A stretch of DNA of 63,739 nucleotides, the filler included, from Deltaproteobacteria bacterium (lineage in GTDB: Bacteria; Myxococcota; JACRCW01): NCBI GenBank assembly GCA_016218805.1. It is 3 parts of 3 records of this genome, joined end to end, with 100 filler letters (N's around TTAATTAATTAA, not from the genome) between each part and the next. Parts side by side here need not be neighbours in the genome. Positions count along the whole stretch, not along the records: positions 1 to 30,101 come from JACRCW010000102.1; 2 more parts are not named here. One strand, given 5' to 3'. The notes beneath the pieces were generated by a model. It did no database searches. It saw nothing but the letters and a program-made list of their open reading frames with translations, and was not told the origin of the DNA. A program made the position numbers and the translations under genes. Within the stretch, counting starts at the first letter, position 1. Each line of letters opens with the position of its first letter. This document shows, piece by piece, positions 1 to 11,528 of the stretch.

Positions 1-210
1 ACCCACTTTCCCCCTCCATCATCATCCCCGCGTTCCCTTGCAGCCAATTCCCGGCCTTCCCCGCGCCCTCACGTGTCCGCGCGTTGGTCAAGACCGGGAA
101 GAAACACCCTCTGCCCTGGACTGCAGTGTGAGAGACAACAGGGTCCTCCCGGCGCCTCATCCCCCGCGGCCCGTGGCAATGCGCCGGCCTTGTAGCTATG
201 GCACCGCCCC

Positions 211-1290
211 ATGTTGCCCGAGACGACGACGGACCCCGCGACCGACACCACTAAGCGCGACCCCGCGAGCAAGAGCGCGCACATCGCCCATTGCCTGACG
301 CCCGCCGTGGAATACGCCAAGCGCGCCGGGTTTGAGCGGTATGACTTTGTGCACCAGGCGCTGCCGGAGCTGGACCTGGACAAGGTGGACCTGGGGACGC
401 GCTTCCTGGGCAAGGCCATGCGGGCCCCGCTGATGGTGGCCTCCATGACGGGCGGCACGGAACGCGCGCGCATTCTCAACCAGCGCCTGGGCGCGGCGGT
501 GGAGAAGCACGGGCTGGCCATGGGCGTGGGCAGCCAACGCGTGGGTCTGGAGGATCCTGAGCGCGCACACACCTTCCAGGTGCGGGACCGCATGCCCACG
601 GCGCTGTTGTTCGCGAACATTGGCGCGGTGCAGCTGGCCAAGGGTTGGACGCACAAGGAGGCGCGCGCCGCCGTGAAGATGATTGGCGCGGACGCGTTGT
701 TCCTCCATCTCAACCCGATCCAGGAGGCCGCGCAGGGCGGAGACGTGGCGTGGGCGGGGCTCAGGGACCGCATCCGTGCGGTGGTGCAGGAGCTGGCCGC
801 GGACGGGATTCCCGTGGTGGCGCGCGAAGTGGGGTTCGGGATGGCGACCGAGACCGCGCGGCAGCTGGTGGAACTGGGCGTGGCGGGGATTGACTGTTCC
901 GGTGCGGGCGGCACCAGCTGGGCCAAGGTGGAGCAGCTGTGCGCCAAGACGCCGCGCCGGGCCAAGATGGGCGCGGCATTTGGCGAATGGGGCATCCCGA
1001 CGGTGGACAGCATTCTCAACGTGCGCGCGGCCTCCGCCACCATCCCGCTGATTGCCACCGGCGGCCTGCGCAGCGGCCAGCACGTGGCCATGGCGCTGGC
1101 GTTGGGGGCGGACCTGGGGGCCATGGCGCGGCCGTTCCTGGTGGCGGCGGACAAGGGTGAGACCGCGCTGGATGAGTTCATCCAGGACACGCTGCTGGAG
1201 CTGCGCATTGCGATGTTTGGCAGCGGGTGCGCGGACGTGGCGGCGCTCAAGACGCGGCCGGTGCTGCGGCCGGGGACGGCGGCGCGTTGA
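211..1290 (+). CDS. fni: Type 2 isopentenyl-diphosphate delta-isomerase
   Basis: Motifs HQALPE, SMTGG, GVGSQR, ANIG, HLNPIQE, GAGGTSW, TGGLR typical of FMN-dependent IDI-2. Confidence 0.93.
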   Translation: MLPETTTDPATDTTKRDPASKSAHIAHCLTPAVEYAKRAGFERYDFVHQALPELDLDKVDLGTRFLGKAMRAPLMVASMTGGTERARILNQRLGAAVEKHGLAMGVGSQRVGLEDPERAHTFQVRDRMPTALLFANIGAVQLAKGWTHKEARAAVKMIGADALFLHLNPIQEAAQGGDVAWAGLRDRIRAVVQELAADGIPVVAREVGFGMATETARQLVELGVAGIDCSGAGGTSWAKVEQLCAKTPRRAKMGAAFGEWGIPTVDSILNVRAASATIPLIATGGLRSGQHVAMALALGADLGAMARPFLVAADKGETALDEFIQDTLLELRIAMFGSGCADVAALKTRPVLRPGTAAR

Positions 1291-2207
1291 GCGGCCCCAC
1301 GGCGTGCGTGGACCTGGGGACTAACACGTGCCTGCTGCTGGTGGCGGAGCCCTACGGTGCTGGCCACCGGGTGCTGGTGGATGTCTCGCGCATCACGCGG
1401 CTGGGGCAGGGCGTGGACCGCGCCCGGGTCCTGCACCCGGACGCGCGCGCGCGCGTGCTGGCGTGCCTGGGGGACTACGCGCGCATGGCAGACGCGCACG
1501 GCGCCACGCGGCGCCTGCTGGTGACCACCAGCGCCATGCGGGACGCCGCAGACGGTCCCGCGTTCCTGGCGGAGATCCGGGAGCGCACCGGCTTTGACGC
1601 GCGCATCATCGGCGGCGACGAGGAGGCGGAGCTGACGTGGCTTTCGGCGGCGGCGGACTTTGCGCGACCGTGCGAGCCCATGGTGGCGTTTGACGTGGGT
1701 GGTGGCAGCACGGAGGTGATGCAGGGGGAGGGCGCGCGCCTGGTGAGCCGCCGCAGCCTGGAGGTGGGCGGCGTGCGCCTGACCGAACGCCTGCTGTCCC
1801 ACGACCCGCCCACGCCCGGCGAGCTCACCGCGCTGCGCGCCGCGGTGCGTGACGCGCTGCCGGGAGCCGCACCGCCGCCGGGGGCGCGCCTGGTGGGGCT
1901 GGCCGGGACGGTGACCACGCTGGCGTGCGTGGCCCGTGCGCGGCCGACGCACGATGCGCAGGGCGTGCACGGCTCCGCGCTGTCGCGCGACGACGTGACC
2001 GCGCTGGTGGACGCGCTGGCCGCGCTGCCCGCGAGGGAGCGCCTGCGCCATCCCGCCCTGGACCCGGGCCGCGCGGACGTCATCGTCGCGGGCGCGGCGA
2101 TCGTGGAGGCGGTGATGGCGTGGGCCGGTGCGTCGTCGCTGGTGGTGTCCAACGGGGGCGTGCGGTGGGGGTTGTACCTGCGCGCGGTCACAGGCCGCGC
2201 CGGCTGA
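1287..2207 (+). CDS. Ppx/GppA family phosphatase (single-domain exopolyphosphatase)
   Basis: DLGTN, TRLGQG, TSAMRDA, EEAEL, DVGGGSTE, GRADVI; TTG start overlaps fni stop. Confidence 0.88.
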   Translation: MSGPTACVDLGTNTCLLLVAEPYGAGHRVLVDVSRITRLGQGVDRARVLHPDARARVLACLGDYARMADAHGATRRLLVTTSAMRDAADGPAFLAEIRERTGFDARIIGGDEEAELTWLSAAADFARPCEPMVAFDVGGGSTEVMQGEGARLVSRRSLEVGGVRLTERLLSHDPPTPGELTALRAAVRDALPGAAPPPGARLVGLAGTVTTLACVARARPTHDAQGVHGSALSRDDVTALVDALAALPARERLRHPALDPGRADVIVAGAAIVEAVMAWAGASSLVVSNGGVRWGLYLRAVTGRAG

Positions 2208-2630
2208 GCGCCGCGGCCGGGTTCACCCCCAGCGCGTCCAGCAGGCCCATTTCAATCTCCGCCTGGCGGCGCGCCTCGTCGGGGGAACGCTCATGGTCCA
2301 TGCCGCACAGGTGCACCAGCGCGTGCACCACCAGCACGGCCAGCTCCACCGCCAACGGGTGGCCCAGCGCGCGCGCCTGTTCCCGCGCGACCTCCAGGCA
2401 CAGCGCGATGTCCCCCAGGTGTCCCGGCAGCGCGGACTCCCAGGAGAGCACGTCCGTGGGCCCGCGCTTCCCGCGCCACGCCCCATTGAGCGCGGTCATC
2501 TGCGCGCGGTCCACCAGGCGGATGGCCACCCCGTCCGCCGGCGCCAGCCGCGCCAGCACGCGCGCGGCCACTAAGCGCACGCGCCGCGCCGGCCGCCGCA
2601 AGCGCGCAGGCGCGTCCACGTAGACCTGGT

Positions 2631-2634
<4 letters not shown>
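2188..2634 (-). CDS. ybeY: rRNA maturation endoribonuclease YbeY
   Basis: PTDVLSW, LGDI, HALVHLCGMDH zinc motif; directly downstream of PhoH-like gene. Confidence 0.9.
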
Positions 2635-3680
<1,046 letters not shown>

Positions 3681-3690
3681 CCGCGGCTCC

Positions 3691-4920
3691 TCAGTAGTAG
3701 GGCCGGACCAGCCGGTAGCCCTTGCCATCGCGCGCATAGGCAAACGCGCGCACGTATGGCTGGTGGGTCTCGTAGCGCTGCAGCAGGCCGGTCTCCACCA
3801 GCGCGTCCAGCGTTTCGGGGTAGGTGCCCGTGCGCAGCTTGTGGACCTCCAGCGCGTGGCGGATGCGCTCCAGGGCCACCTCGCCCACGGCGTCCCGCAG
3901 CTGTTGCGCCGGCACGCCGCGCAGGCGGCTGGAGGTCATGGCGGAGGGCGTCAGCCCCAGTGCCCACATCAGTGCCAGCCCGGCCAGGCCGGCCAGCGCG
4001 TAGCCCAGCACCTGCTGGACGCGGTTGAGCCGGCTGCCGCGGACCTGGCGCGGCTCCAGGGCGCCGCCCTCGGCCAGCCCGCTGCCGGCGCGCGGCGCGG
4101 CGGGGATACCATCCAGGTAACCCTCCTGGATGAGGTTGAACAGCGCCTTGCACGTCTCAAACTCGCCCAGGCGCGACAGGTCGATGAGCTTCTGCACCTC
4201 GCGGCCGGGCTGCACCAGGTTGAACACCAGGCGCTCGTTGGGGCCCAGTTTGTCGTCTTCATCCGCCGGCGGGGGGGCCTGGTCGCCGGCCATGGCGCCA
4301 AAGGCCTCATCAATGCCGTCCAGGAAGTCCGCCTCCTTGCTCTTGGGCGCGGCCGGCTCCGCCTTCCGCGTGGCCTGGACCTGCCGGATGATGCGGAAGG
4401 TCATGGCGTAGCTGGAAATCTTCTTCCGGATGAGCGGCCACTCATCCACCATCCGGAACCCTTCCATCAGCACGCTCTCGCCGCGGATGGGTTCAAAGCC
4501 CTGGGCGTCCACGTCTCCGGGCTCGGCCTGTGTGAACTCGTAGGTGCCGGCGGTCCACAGGAACAGCTTGTAGATGGTCTCCGTGGTCTGGAGCTTGGTG
4601 AACTCCTTGAGCACGCCCGCTTCCACAAACCCCAGCTCAACGAGGATGTCCCCCAGCCGCTTGAGCGTGCGCCGCTGCAGGTCCAGCGCCTGGTCCAGCT
4701 GCTGCTGGCTGAGCACGTCCGCGCGCACCAGCATGTTGCCCAGCAGTTCCTTCTTTTCCCGGCTGGTGCTGTCCGCTTTCACCACGTTCCCGTCCTTGAA
4801 CGTGATGCGGACCTCCTGCTCGTTGTTCTTGACCACCAGCACGCCGGTCTTGTTCTGCTGGCCAATGAGCTGGAAGATGTCCGCCAGCCCGAAGTCTTTG
4901 AGCGTCCCTTGCAGTGCCAT
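3691..4920 (-). CDS. DUF4388 domain membrane protein
   Basis: N-terminal MALQGTLKDFGLADIFQLI..KTGVL is the DUF4388 pattern; LGDILVELG repeat; one C-terminal TM followed by a pilin-like YPETL segment. Confidence 0.75.
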   Translation of the reverse strand: MALQGTLKDFGLADIFQLIGQQNKTGVLVVKNNEQEVRITFKDGNVVKADSTSREKKELLGNMLVRADVLSQQQLDQALDLQRRTLKRLGDILVELGFVEAGVLKEFTKLQTTETIYKLFLWTAGTYEFTQAEPGDVDAQGFEPIRGESVLMEGFRMVDEWPLIRKKISSYAMTFRIIRQVQATRKAEPAAPKSKEADFLDGIDEAFGAMAGDQAPPPADEDDKLGPNERLVFNLVQPGREVQKLIDLSRLGEFETCKALFNLIQEGYLDGIPAAPRAGSGLAEGGALEPRQVRGSRLNRVQQVLGYALAGLAGLALMWALGLTPSAMTSSRLRGVPAQQLRDAVGEVALERIRHALEVHKLRTGTYPETLDALVETGLLQRYETHQPYVRAFAYARDGKGYRLVRPYY

Positions 4921-4929
4921 GCGCGCTCC

Positions 4930-7167
4930 TCAGGTCTCCGAGCGGAAGCTCAGCAAGAGTCCCACCAGCCAGGTCAGGATCAGCACCAGCGCCGGCACCG
5001 CCATGCGGACCCAGCTGGCGTCCGGCCCCACGCCCACCGCGTCCGGCAGGAACACGGAGGCCCCGCCAATGAGCGCGGCCAGGGTGAACAGGAAGCCCAG
5101 CACCGCGCCGCGCACAGGGAAGCCGGCAAACAGCAGCCCGGCGCCGCCCCACAGCGCGCTGAGCAGCCGGGTGAGGAACTGGCGGCGGTTGCGGTGCCGC
5201 CGGATTTGCACGTCCTTGCGGATTTTCAGCGCGGCCTCCACGCGGGCACCGCGCACCATGAACGCGTTGTAGCACTGGGCACAGTGGAAGCGGTCCACGT
5301 CCTTGCCGTCACAGGACCGGCACGCGGGCGAACCACAGCGCCGGCACGCGGTGGCCGGCGGCCAGCGGGTGGACAGCAGTTGCGCCAGCGCCAGCAGCAG
5401 GAGCGCCAACAACACCACGCCCGGCCACAGGGCGCGCGTCACCTGGGGGGACAGGAAGGCCCACGCTTCCGCGGCCACCGCATCCGAGGCCGGCGTGGGC
5501 TGCAGGGCGGCGGCCAGCAGGGCCACCGCGGGGGCCGGCGCGTCCACAAACGCCACGTTGTGCGGCTTGGGGAAGCTCCCGGCGGCGCGGTCCCGGTAGG
5601 CCTGCGCGGCCTGGTGGTTGACGCGCTCGGCGGCCTCCCAGGCTTCACGGGCCGCCCCGGTGCGCCCCATCAGCGCGTGCAGGGTGGCGGCGTTGTGCAG
5701 GGCCAGCGCGTCCGCCGGGTTGAGTTCCGCGGCGCGCTCAAACTCCATCTGCGCGCGGTCCATCTCGCCCATGGAGGCGTACACGCACCCCAGGTTCACG
5801 TGCGTCCAGCCCGCCTTGGGTTCCAGCCGCAGCGCGTGTTCCAACGCCGAGCGCGCCGCCGCCAGGTCTCCCGCGCGCTTGTGCATCAGCCCGCTGACGC
5901 CCAGGGACACCGCGTCCACCGGGGCTTCGTCCACGCGCGGCCGCACCGCGCGCGCCTGCCCCGCGTCAGACTGGCCCAGGTACAGCGCCGCCACGTGCGT
6001 GGTGGGGAACACCACCAGCGGCGCGGCCGCGTTGATCCCCAGCGGGAGCGCGGCGGTGCACAGGATGGCCAGCGCGGCCAGCGCCCGCTCCGCGCCCTCA
6101 AAGTAGCGCCACATCACCAGCAGGAACCAGATGCCCGCGGCCACCGGGCCCGCGCGCAGCACCAGCGGGATGCACAGCAGGGTGGCTGCCAGCACGGTGG
6201 ACGCGCCCCCCCGCATGTGCACCGGGAGAATGTGCCCGGCGTCATGCGCCAGCAGGTTCAGGCGGCGCAGGCCCAGCGTGGCTGCCAGGCCCAGCAGCAT
6301 CATGAACAGCGTGCCCACCAGCGCCACCGCCGCCGCCAGCAGCCAGCGGATGGTGAAGCGCAGGTCCGTGGTCTCCGCCTGCAGCGCGCCCCACAGCGCT
6401 GCCGCCACCGGACCGGTGTCCCCGGGCGCCTTGAGGTAGCGCGCCCGCGCCAGCGCCAGGTGCGTGGCCGGCAGGGACGGCGCCATGGCCACCGCCACGT
6501 CCGCCACCGCCAGCGCACGGTCCGCCTCCAGCTTGTCCGCCAACTCATGCGCCTCCATCACCAGCGCCGTGGCAATGTCCGGCGCCTGTGCGCCCCCAGG
6601 CGCGCCCCCGCCCAGCGCCCGCAGCGCGGACAGCACGTTGAGCAGCTGTTTCTGCGCGGCGGCCGGGCTGTCCTTGAGGAGCGCACGGCGCTTCTCCCAT
6701 TCGGCCAGCAGGTCCTCATACGTGGCGGGGGTGAGCACCACGCTCTGACGCGCGTGCCGCAATACGCCGGCGGCCGCCCCGGTGGGCGGCGGCATGTCCA
6801 CCGGCGGCGGCGGCGGCGGCAACGAATCCACCCGCGGCGGCGGTGGCGGTGGCAGCGCGGCCCCCGCGTCGGCCGGGGCGGGTGGTGGGGCGGGGCGCGA
6901 TGCATCGGCGGAGGGCACAGAGGCGTCCGGCGTCAACTCCACCGCCGGCGCGCCGCCATCCTTCCGGACGCGCTTGTTGCCCCCCGTCAGGTCGGCGGTG
7001 GTCCCGTCGTCCTGCGCGCCGTGCGGGTCGTCCTCGTCAAGGCGGCCGCGTTTGTTCCCGCGCGGCGGTGGCTCGTCGGCGGAGGGGTCTTCGTCTTCCA
7101 TCCTGGGGACGGAGAACTCCTGGGCGGCGGCGGGCAGGGCCGCCAGCATCCCCGCGCACCCAACCAT
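4930..7167 (-). CDS. Multi-pass membrane protein with TPR repeats and Cys cluster
   Basis: Signal peptide, Pro-rich linker, several TM segments, TPR (HVNLGCVY, ELNP), CRRC-CRSC-CAQC; start uncertain. Confidence 0.65.
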   Translation of the reverse strand: MVGCAGMLAALPAAAQEFSVPRMEDEDPSADEPPPRGNKRGRLDEDDPHGAQDDGTTADLTGGNKRVRKDGGAPAVELTPDASVPSADASRPAPPPAPADAGAALPPPPPPRVDSLPPPPPPVDMPPPTGAAAGVLRHARQSVVLTPATYEDLLAEWEKRRALLKDSPAAAQKQLLNVLSALRALGGGAPGGAQAPDIATALVMEAHELADKLEADRALAVADVAVAMAPSLPATHLALARARYLKAPGDTGPVAAALWGALQAETTDLRFTIRWLLAAAVALVGTLFMMLLGLAATLGLRRLNLLAHDAGHILPVHMRGGASTVLAATLLCIPLVLRAGPVAAGIWFLLVMWRYFEGAERALAALAILCTAALPLGINAAAPLVVFPTTHVAALYLGQSDAGQARAVRPRVDEAPVDAVSLGVSGLMHKRAGDLAAARSALEHALRLEPKAGWTHVNLGCVYASMGEMDRAQMEFERAAELNPADALALHNAATLHALMGRTGAAREAWEAAERVNHQAAQAYRDRAAGSFPKPHNVAFVDAPAPAVALLAAALQPTPASDAVAAEAWAFLSPQVTRALWPGVVLLALLLLALAQLLSTRWPPATACRRCGSPACRSCDGKDVDRFHCAQCYNAFMVRGARVEAALKIRKDVQIRRHRNRRQFLTRLLSALWGGAGLLFAGFPVRGAVLGFLFTLAALIGGASVFLPDAVGVGPDASWVRMAVPALVLILTWLVGLLLSFRSET

Positions 7168-7304
7168 CAAAGCCCACCGCGCAATGGGCACGGCGTGGCA
7201 GCGGGACCAGCGGGTTCTCCTCACGGAACGCGGGGCTACCACGTCGACAACCGAGCGGCAAATAGGGGTGCGCAAGAGCACGGGAGGTGGGCGGGGGTGG
7301 GCCG

Positions 7305-7341
7305 CCTGGAAGGTGTCTCATTTCGTGAGACACTTTCCGGG
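7305..7341. repeat. 16-bp stem inverted repeat in intergenic DNA
   Basis: CCTGGAAGGTGTCTCA-TTTCG-TGAGACACTTTCCGGG; 14 Watson-Crick plus 2 G-U pairs on the + strand. Confidence 0.7.
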
Positions 7342-7570
7342 AAAGACGGCGTCCTTCCCCAACCGGTGCGGCCGCCCGCCACGCGCGACCGATTGCACCA
7401 CCCTCCCAAGCCCAGCCCGACCCGAGTCCTGCGCCTGCTCGAGCTGCCGCCCGCTGCGACCTGTGCGCGCCTGGTCCACCGGGTTTCCCCATGCCGGGAC
7501 GCCCGAACCGCCCCCGGATGGACCCCCGGGTCCGGGGCTGGTGGGTTCCAGCCGCCGTGGGGAGGAATGG

Positions 7571-9004
7571 CTAGCCATTCCCAGGGGTGTGCCGCGCCGT
7601 CCACAGCGCCCGGATGGCCCGGCCGCCGCCCGCCGCCCAGTACACCGGCGCGTAGACCACGGCCCCGGCCGCCACGCGGGTCAGCACGGGCCAGTCCTCG
7701 GGCACCACCAGGCCCACCACCGCGGCCATGGCCGCGCACGCCGCGCCGGCGGGGAGCAGCGCGGCAGCCCAGCCGGCGCGCAGGCCCACGGCGCGGATGC
7801 CCCACGCGTACACCACTGCCCCGGCAGCGCCGCCGCCCACCGCGGCCCAGGATGCGCCCGCCACGCCAAAGCGCGGCACCAGCAGCAGGTTCAGCGCCAC
7901 GTTCACCCCAAAGTTGGCCGCCACCGTCACCGCCTGCAGCCGGATGCGGCCCGCGGCCACCATGGCGCACGCGCCCAGGAACTGGACCCCCACCAGCGGC
8001 AGGCAGGCCAGCTGGATGGCCAACAGCGGCCCCGCATCGCGGAAGCGTTCGCCGTACACCAGCACCGCCAGCCCGTCCGCCAGCAGCGCGCCGCCCACCG
8101 CCACCGCCAGCGTCAACCCCAGGCTGGCCGCCAGCGCCGGCCGAAGCTCCGCAGCGCACGCCTCCCGTCCGCCCGCCCAGGCCCGCGCCAGCCGCGGCTG
8201 GAAGGCCAACGCCACCGCGTTGGGGAACAGGATGAGCGCCTCCACCACCTTCACGGCGCCGTTGTAGCCGCCCAGCGCGTCGTGCGGGACGCCCATGGCG
8301 CTGGCCATCACCTGGTCCAACCGCAACGTCAGCAGCCACATCACGTTGTGCACCGCCAGAGGCCAGGCTTCGCGCACGCGGGCGAACATGGGCCCCGGCT
8401 CCCACGCCACCCGCAGCCGGATGCCCGCCCGCCCGAGGAACCACACGCCGGTGGCGGCCGCGGTGGCAGCGCCGGCGCACACGCACGCCACCACCACGGC
8501 AAACGGCTGGTGGGTGAGCAGCGCCGCGCCGCCCAGCGTCACGGTGACCACCTTGGAGACCACCCGCAGGCTGCTCTCCAGGTCCAGCCGTTCCACCGCG
8601 GTCAGCGCCCCCGCGCAGGCGTCCTCCACCGACGCCACCAGGATGGTCCCGCCGGCCCACACCACGGCCCACAGCGGGTCTCCGTGGTAGCCCGCCGCCC
8701 ACGCGGCCAGCACGCTGGCCGGCCACACCAGGGTGAGCATCATGAGCTTGTAGCCCAGCAGCGCCGCCAGCCGGCGCTCCAGCACGGAGCGGTCCCGCGC
8801 GGCGTCCCGGATGAACATGGGGATGAGCCCGGGCTCCAGCAGGACGACAAACAGCGTCCCCACCGCCGCGCCAAACCCCTGGTCACCGTAGCGCTCCGGC
8901 CCCAGCATCCGCGCCAGCAGCGCGTAGAACACCAGTGCCAGCAGCCGCGCCGAAAGCTGTCCCACCATGCTGAAGAGCGCGTTGCGCAGCACCGCCGGGC
9001 CCAT
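7571..9004 (-). CDS. Wzx-like polysaccharide flippase
   Basis: Many TM helices; LARMLGPERYG, RLDQVM, GYNGA, NVALNLLLVPRFGVAGA pattern. Confidence 0.88.
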   Translation of the reverse strand: MGPAVLRNALFSMVGQLSARLLALVFYALLARMLGPERYGDQGFGAAVGTLFVVLLEPGLIPMFIRDAARDRSVLERRLAALLGYKLMMLTLVWPASVLAAWAAGYHGDPLWAVVWAGGTILVASVEDACAGALTAVERLDLESSLRVVSKVVTVTLGGAALLTHQPFAVVVACVCAGAATAAATGVWFLGRAGIRLRVAWEPGPMFARVREAWPLAVHNVMWLLTLRLDQVMASAMGVPHDALGGYNGAVKVVEALILFPNAVALAFQPRLARAWAGGREACAAELRPALAASLGLTLAVAVGGALLADGLAVLVYGERFRDAGPLLAIQLACLPLVGVQFLGACAMVAAGRIRLQAVTVAANFGVNVALNLLLVPRFGVAGASWAAVGGGAAGAVVYAWGIRAVGLRAGWAAALLPAGAACAAMAAVVGLVVPEDWPVLTRVAAGAVVYAPVYWAAGGGRAIRALWTARHTPGNG

Positions 9005-9066
9005 GACGGGGCGGGCTTGTACACCAGCCTTGCCGCGTTCGCGCGAGCCCTGCTACGCGGCCCCCT

Positions 9067-10470
9067 GTGAGCCCCACTGCGCGCACGGCGACGACGGGCG
9101 GGTGGCCTGCGGTGGTTGCCGCTGCGGCGGCAGCGGCGGCGGCGGTGGGCTGGGACCCGGCCGCCGGGGCGTTTGCCGCGGCGGTGGCGGTGAGCGTGCT
9201 GCTGGCCGCCTGGCGACCCGGCCTGCTGGTGGGCGCGCTGCTGGCGGCCTCCGCGGTGGACCTGGTGCTGGTGGCGGACCTGGGCGGCTTCACCTTCCGC
9301 GCCGCGCAGGTGGCCGGCGTGGCGCTGGCGGCCTCCGCCGTGGCGCGGGGAGGGTGGCGCCGGTGGTGGGCGCACCTGCGGTCCATGCCGGGGCTGCTGC
9401 CGCTTGCCGTGCTGCTGCTGGCCGCCGGGGCGCGCGTGGCCGCGGGGGTGCCCCTGCGCGGCAAGGCGGTGGGCTATCTGGCCTGGGCGGTGTTTGACGT
9501 GGTGGTGCTGGCCCCGGCGGTGGCCTGGCACGTGCGGCGCGCACCGCTGCGTGCGCTGCGGACCTGGTGGTGGGGCGCAGCCACGGTGGCGGTGTTTGGC
9601 CTGATGCAGCTGGCGCTGGGCGTGGCCGGCGTGGATCCACCGCTGGTGGTGCAGTGGAACGGCGCCCGCCCGCGCATCAACGCGCTGTCCTATGAGCCGT
9701 CCTACTTCGCGTTCCAGGCGATGATCCCGCTGGCGCTGGTGTTCGGCGTGGGGCTGCAGCGCCGGTTGCGGGTGCTCCACGCTGTGGGGGCGTGGGTGGG
9801 CCCGCTGTTGTTCGCCGCCATCTTCCTGTCGTCCAGCCGCTCGGGGTGGCTGGGCCTGGCGGTGTTGTGCGCCGTTGGCGCGGCGCTGCTGGTGGCCCAC
9901 CCGGGGCCCCGCCGGTTGGATGGGCCGCTGCCCCGCGTGCTGGCCACTGTGGCCGCGCTGGCCGCGCCGGCCGCGGTGTTCGTGCCGGGTCACGTGGTGG
10001 CGGCGGACGTGGCGCTGGCGCGCAAGGCCACGGACCTGCAGGACATCTCCTCCACCCTCCCGCGGCGCGAAGGCGTCCTGGAAGCCCTGTTGCTGTTCCG
10101 CGAGCAGCCGCTGCTGGGGCATGGTCCCGGGCAGTTTGGCGCGGCGCTGCTGGCGCACCCGGAGCTGAAGCGCCGGCCCCCACTTCCCGGTGACGACGAC
10201 CCGCACACGCTGGTCACCTTCAACCTCTACGCGGAGCTGCTGGCGGAGACCGGGGCTGTCGGCACGCTCGCCTTCCTTGCCGCGCTGTGGGCGGTGGCTG
10301 CGCGGTTGTTTGCCGCCCGTCACCGGCGCGCGTTGGGGGCCGCCGCGCTGTGGCCGTGGCTGCTCATGTTTGGCGTCATGTACCAGTTCAACCAGACGGC
10401 CTGGCGTACGGAGACGTGGTGCCTGTGGGGGGTGGCCTGGGCCCTGTCCCCAAGGAGGCGTGCACCATGA
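9067..10470 (+). CDS. O-antigen ligase / Wzy-family polymerase
   Basis: Hydrophobic; R..LSYEPSYFA, SSSRSGW, PLLGHGPGQF, NLYAELLAETG. Confidence 0.78.
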   Translation: MSPTARTATTGGWPAVVAAAAAAAAAVGWDPAAGAFAAAVAVSVLLAAWRPGLLVGALLAASAVDLVLVADLGGFTFRAAQVAGVALAASAVARGGWRRWWAHLRSMPGLLPLAVLLLAAGARVAAGVPLRGKAVGYLAWAVFDVVVLAPAVAWHVRRAPLRALRTWWWGAATVAVFGLMQLALGVAGVDPPLVVQWNGARPRINALSYEPSYFAFQAMIPLALVFGVGLQRRLRVLHAVGAWVGPLLFAAIFLSSSRSGWLGLAVLCAVGAALLVAHPGPRRLDGPLPRVLATVAALAAPAAVFVPGHVVAADVALARKATDLQDISSTLPRREGVLEALLLFREQPLLGHGPGQFGAALLAHPELKRRPPLPGDDDPHTLVTFNLYAELLAETGAVGTLAFLAALWAVAARLFAARHRRALGAAALWPWLLMFGVMYQFNQTAWRTETWCLWGVAWALSPRRRAP

Positions 10471-11528
10471 CCCCGCGCCACGTCTGCCTGGACGTCCGCC
10501 CCACCGGTGACGCGGCGCTTGACGGCCAGAACGCTCTCCGGTTGCGCACGCTGGTGCCGGACTGGCAGGCGCGCGGGGCGCGCGTGTCCGTGATGGCGGC
10601 GCCCGGCGCCGTGCTGCCCGCCGGTGCCACGCCGCTGCCCGGTGGTCCGTGCGGCGCATGGGCCCGCCAGGCCGCGGCCATTGTGGAACTGCGCGGCACG
10701 CTGGAGCGCCTGGGCGCGGACGCGTTTGTGGGCGCCTCCGGGGTGGTGCCCCTGGGATGGCGCGGCCGCAGCGTGCTGTGCGTGGACGGCGTGCCCCGTC
10801 ACGGCTCGCTGCTGGACCGCATTGCCACGCGGGCCGGGTTTGCCGCGTCACTGCGGGTGGCGGACGCCGTGGTGGTCACCTCCCGCGCGCTTGCTGACGA
10901 TCTGGAGCGGGCGCTGGGGGAACCGGTGCAGCGCGTGGTGGTGGTGCCACCGGTGTGGCCGGTGCCGCGCGCCCCGCGTGCGCGCCTGGTCCGTGACGGA
11001 CGCGCCGTGCTCAACGCGGCGGGCGTGATTCCCGGGCACCACTTTGCCTGGACGTGGGATGCGCGCGGTGACCGGCCCCAGGTGGTGCTGGCGGCGGTCC
11101 GCGTGGTGTCCGTGGATGATGACGCACAGCTGCTGCTGCTGGGGCCCGCGCCGGCCTGGGAGGCGCTGGTCCGGCACGCTGCGCCGGACCTGCTGGAGGA
11201 GGGCGTGGCCGTGCTGGCCGGCGAACCGCCAGCTGACGAGACGGAGGTCCTGTGGGCGGGCGCCGCGGGCGCGCTGTTCCCGGTGGTGACGTCGTCCGCG
11301 CTGCTGGGCGCGCTGGGGCCGGCGGCGCTGGGGACGCCGGTGCTGGCGTCCACAACGCCGGCCGCCCGGGACCTGCTGGGACAGGCGGCCACCTGCATCA
11401 ACCCCACGGACGTGGACGCTTGGGCGGAGGAGATGACGGACCTGCTGGGCGCGCGGCGCGGGCGCCCGCCGGTCTTTCCGCCACCAGTGGACGCGTGGTG
11501 GGCGGTCCTCACTGGGGAGCGCGGATGA
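10467..11528 (+). CDS. Divergent GT-B (family 4-like) glycosyltransferase
   Basis: N-terminal VCLDVR, ADAVVVTS, C-terminal GTPVLAS and INPTD; overlaps ligase stop; EX7E motif not visible. Confidence 0.55.
   Translation: MTPRHVCLDVRPTGDAALDGQNALRLRTLVPDWQARGARVSVMAAPGAVLPAGATPLPGGPCGAWARQAAAIVELRGTLERLGADAFVGASGVVPLGWRGRSVLCVDGVPRHGSLLDRIATRAGFAASLRVADAVVVTSRALADDLERALGEPVQRVVVVPPVWPVPRAPRARLVRDGRAVLNAAGVIPGHHFAWTWDARGDRPQVVLAAVRVVSVDDDAQLLLLGPAPAWEALVRHAAPDLLEEGVAVLAGEPPADETEVLWAGAAGALFPVVTSSALLGALGPAALGTPVLASTTPAARDLLGQAATCINPTDVDAWAEEMTDLLGARRGRPPVFPPPVDAWWAVLTGERG

Noticed and set aside
94..152. Hairpin CCGGGAAG..ACCCT..AGGGT..CTCCCGG upstream of fni as riboswitch/6S candidate
   Set aside because: No conserved motifs I can match; would need an Rfam scan
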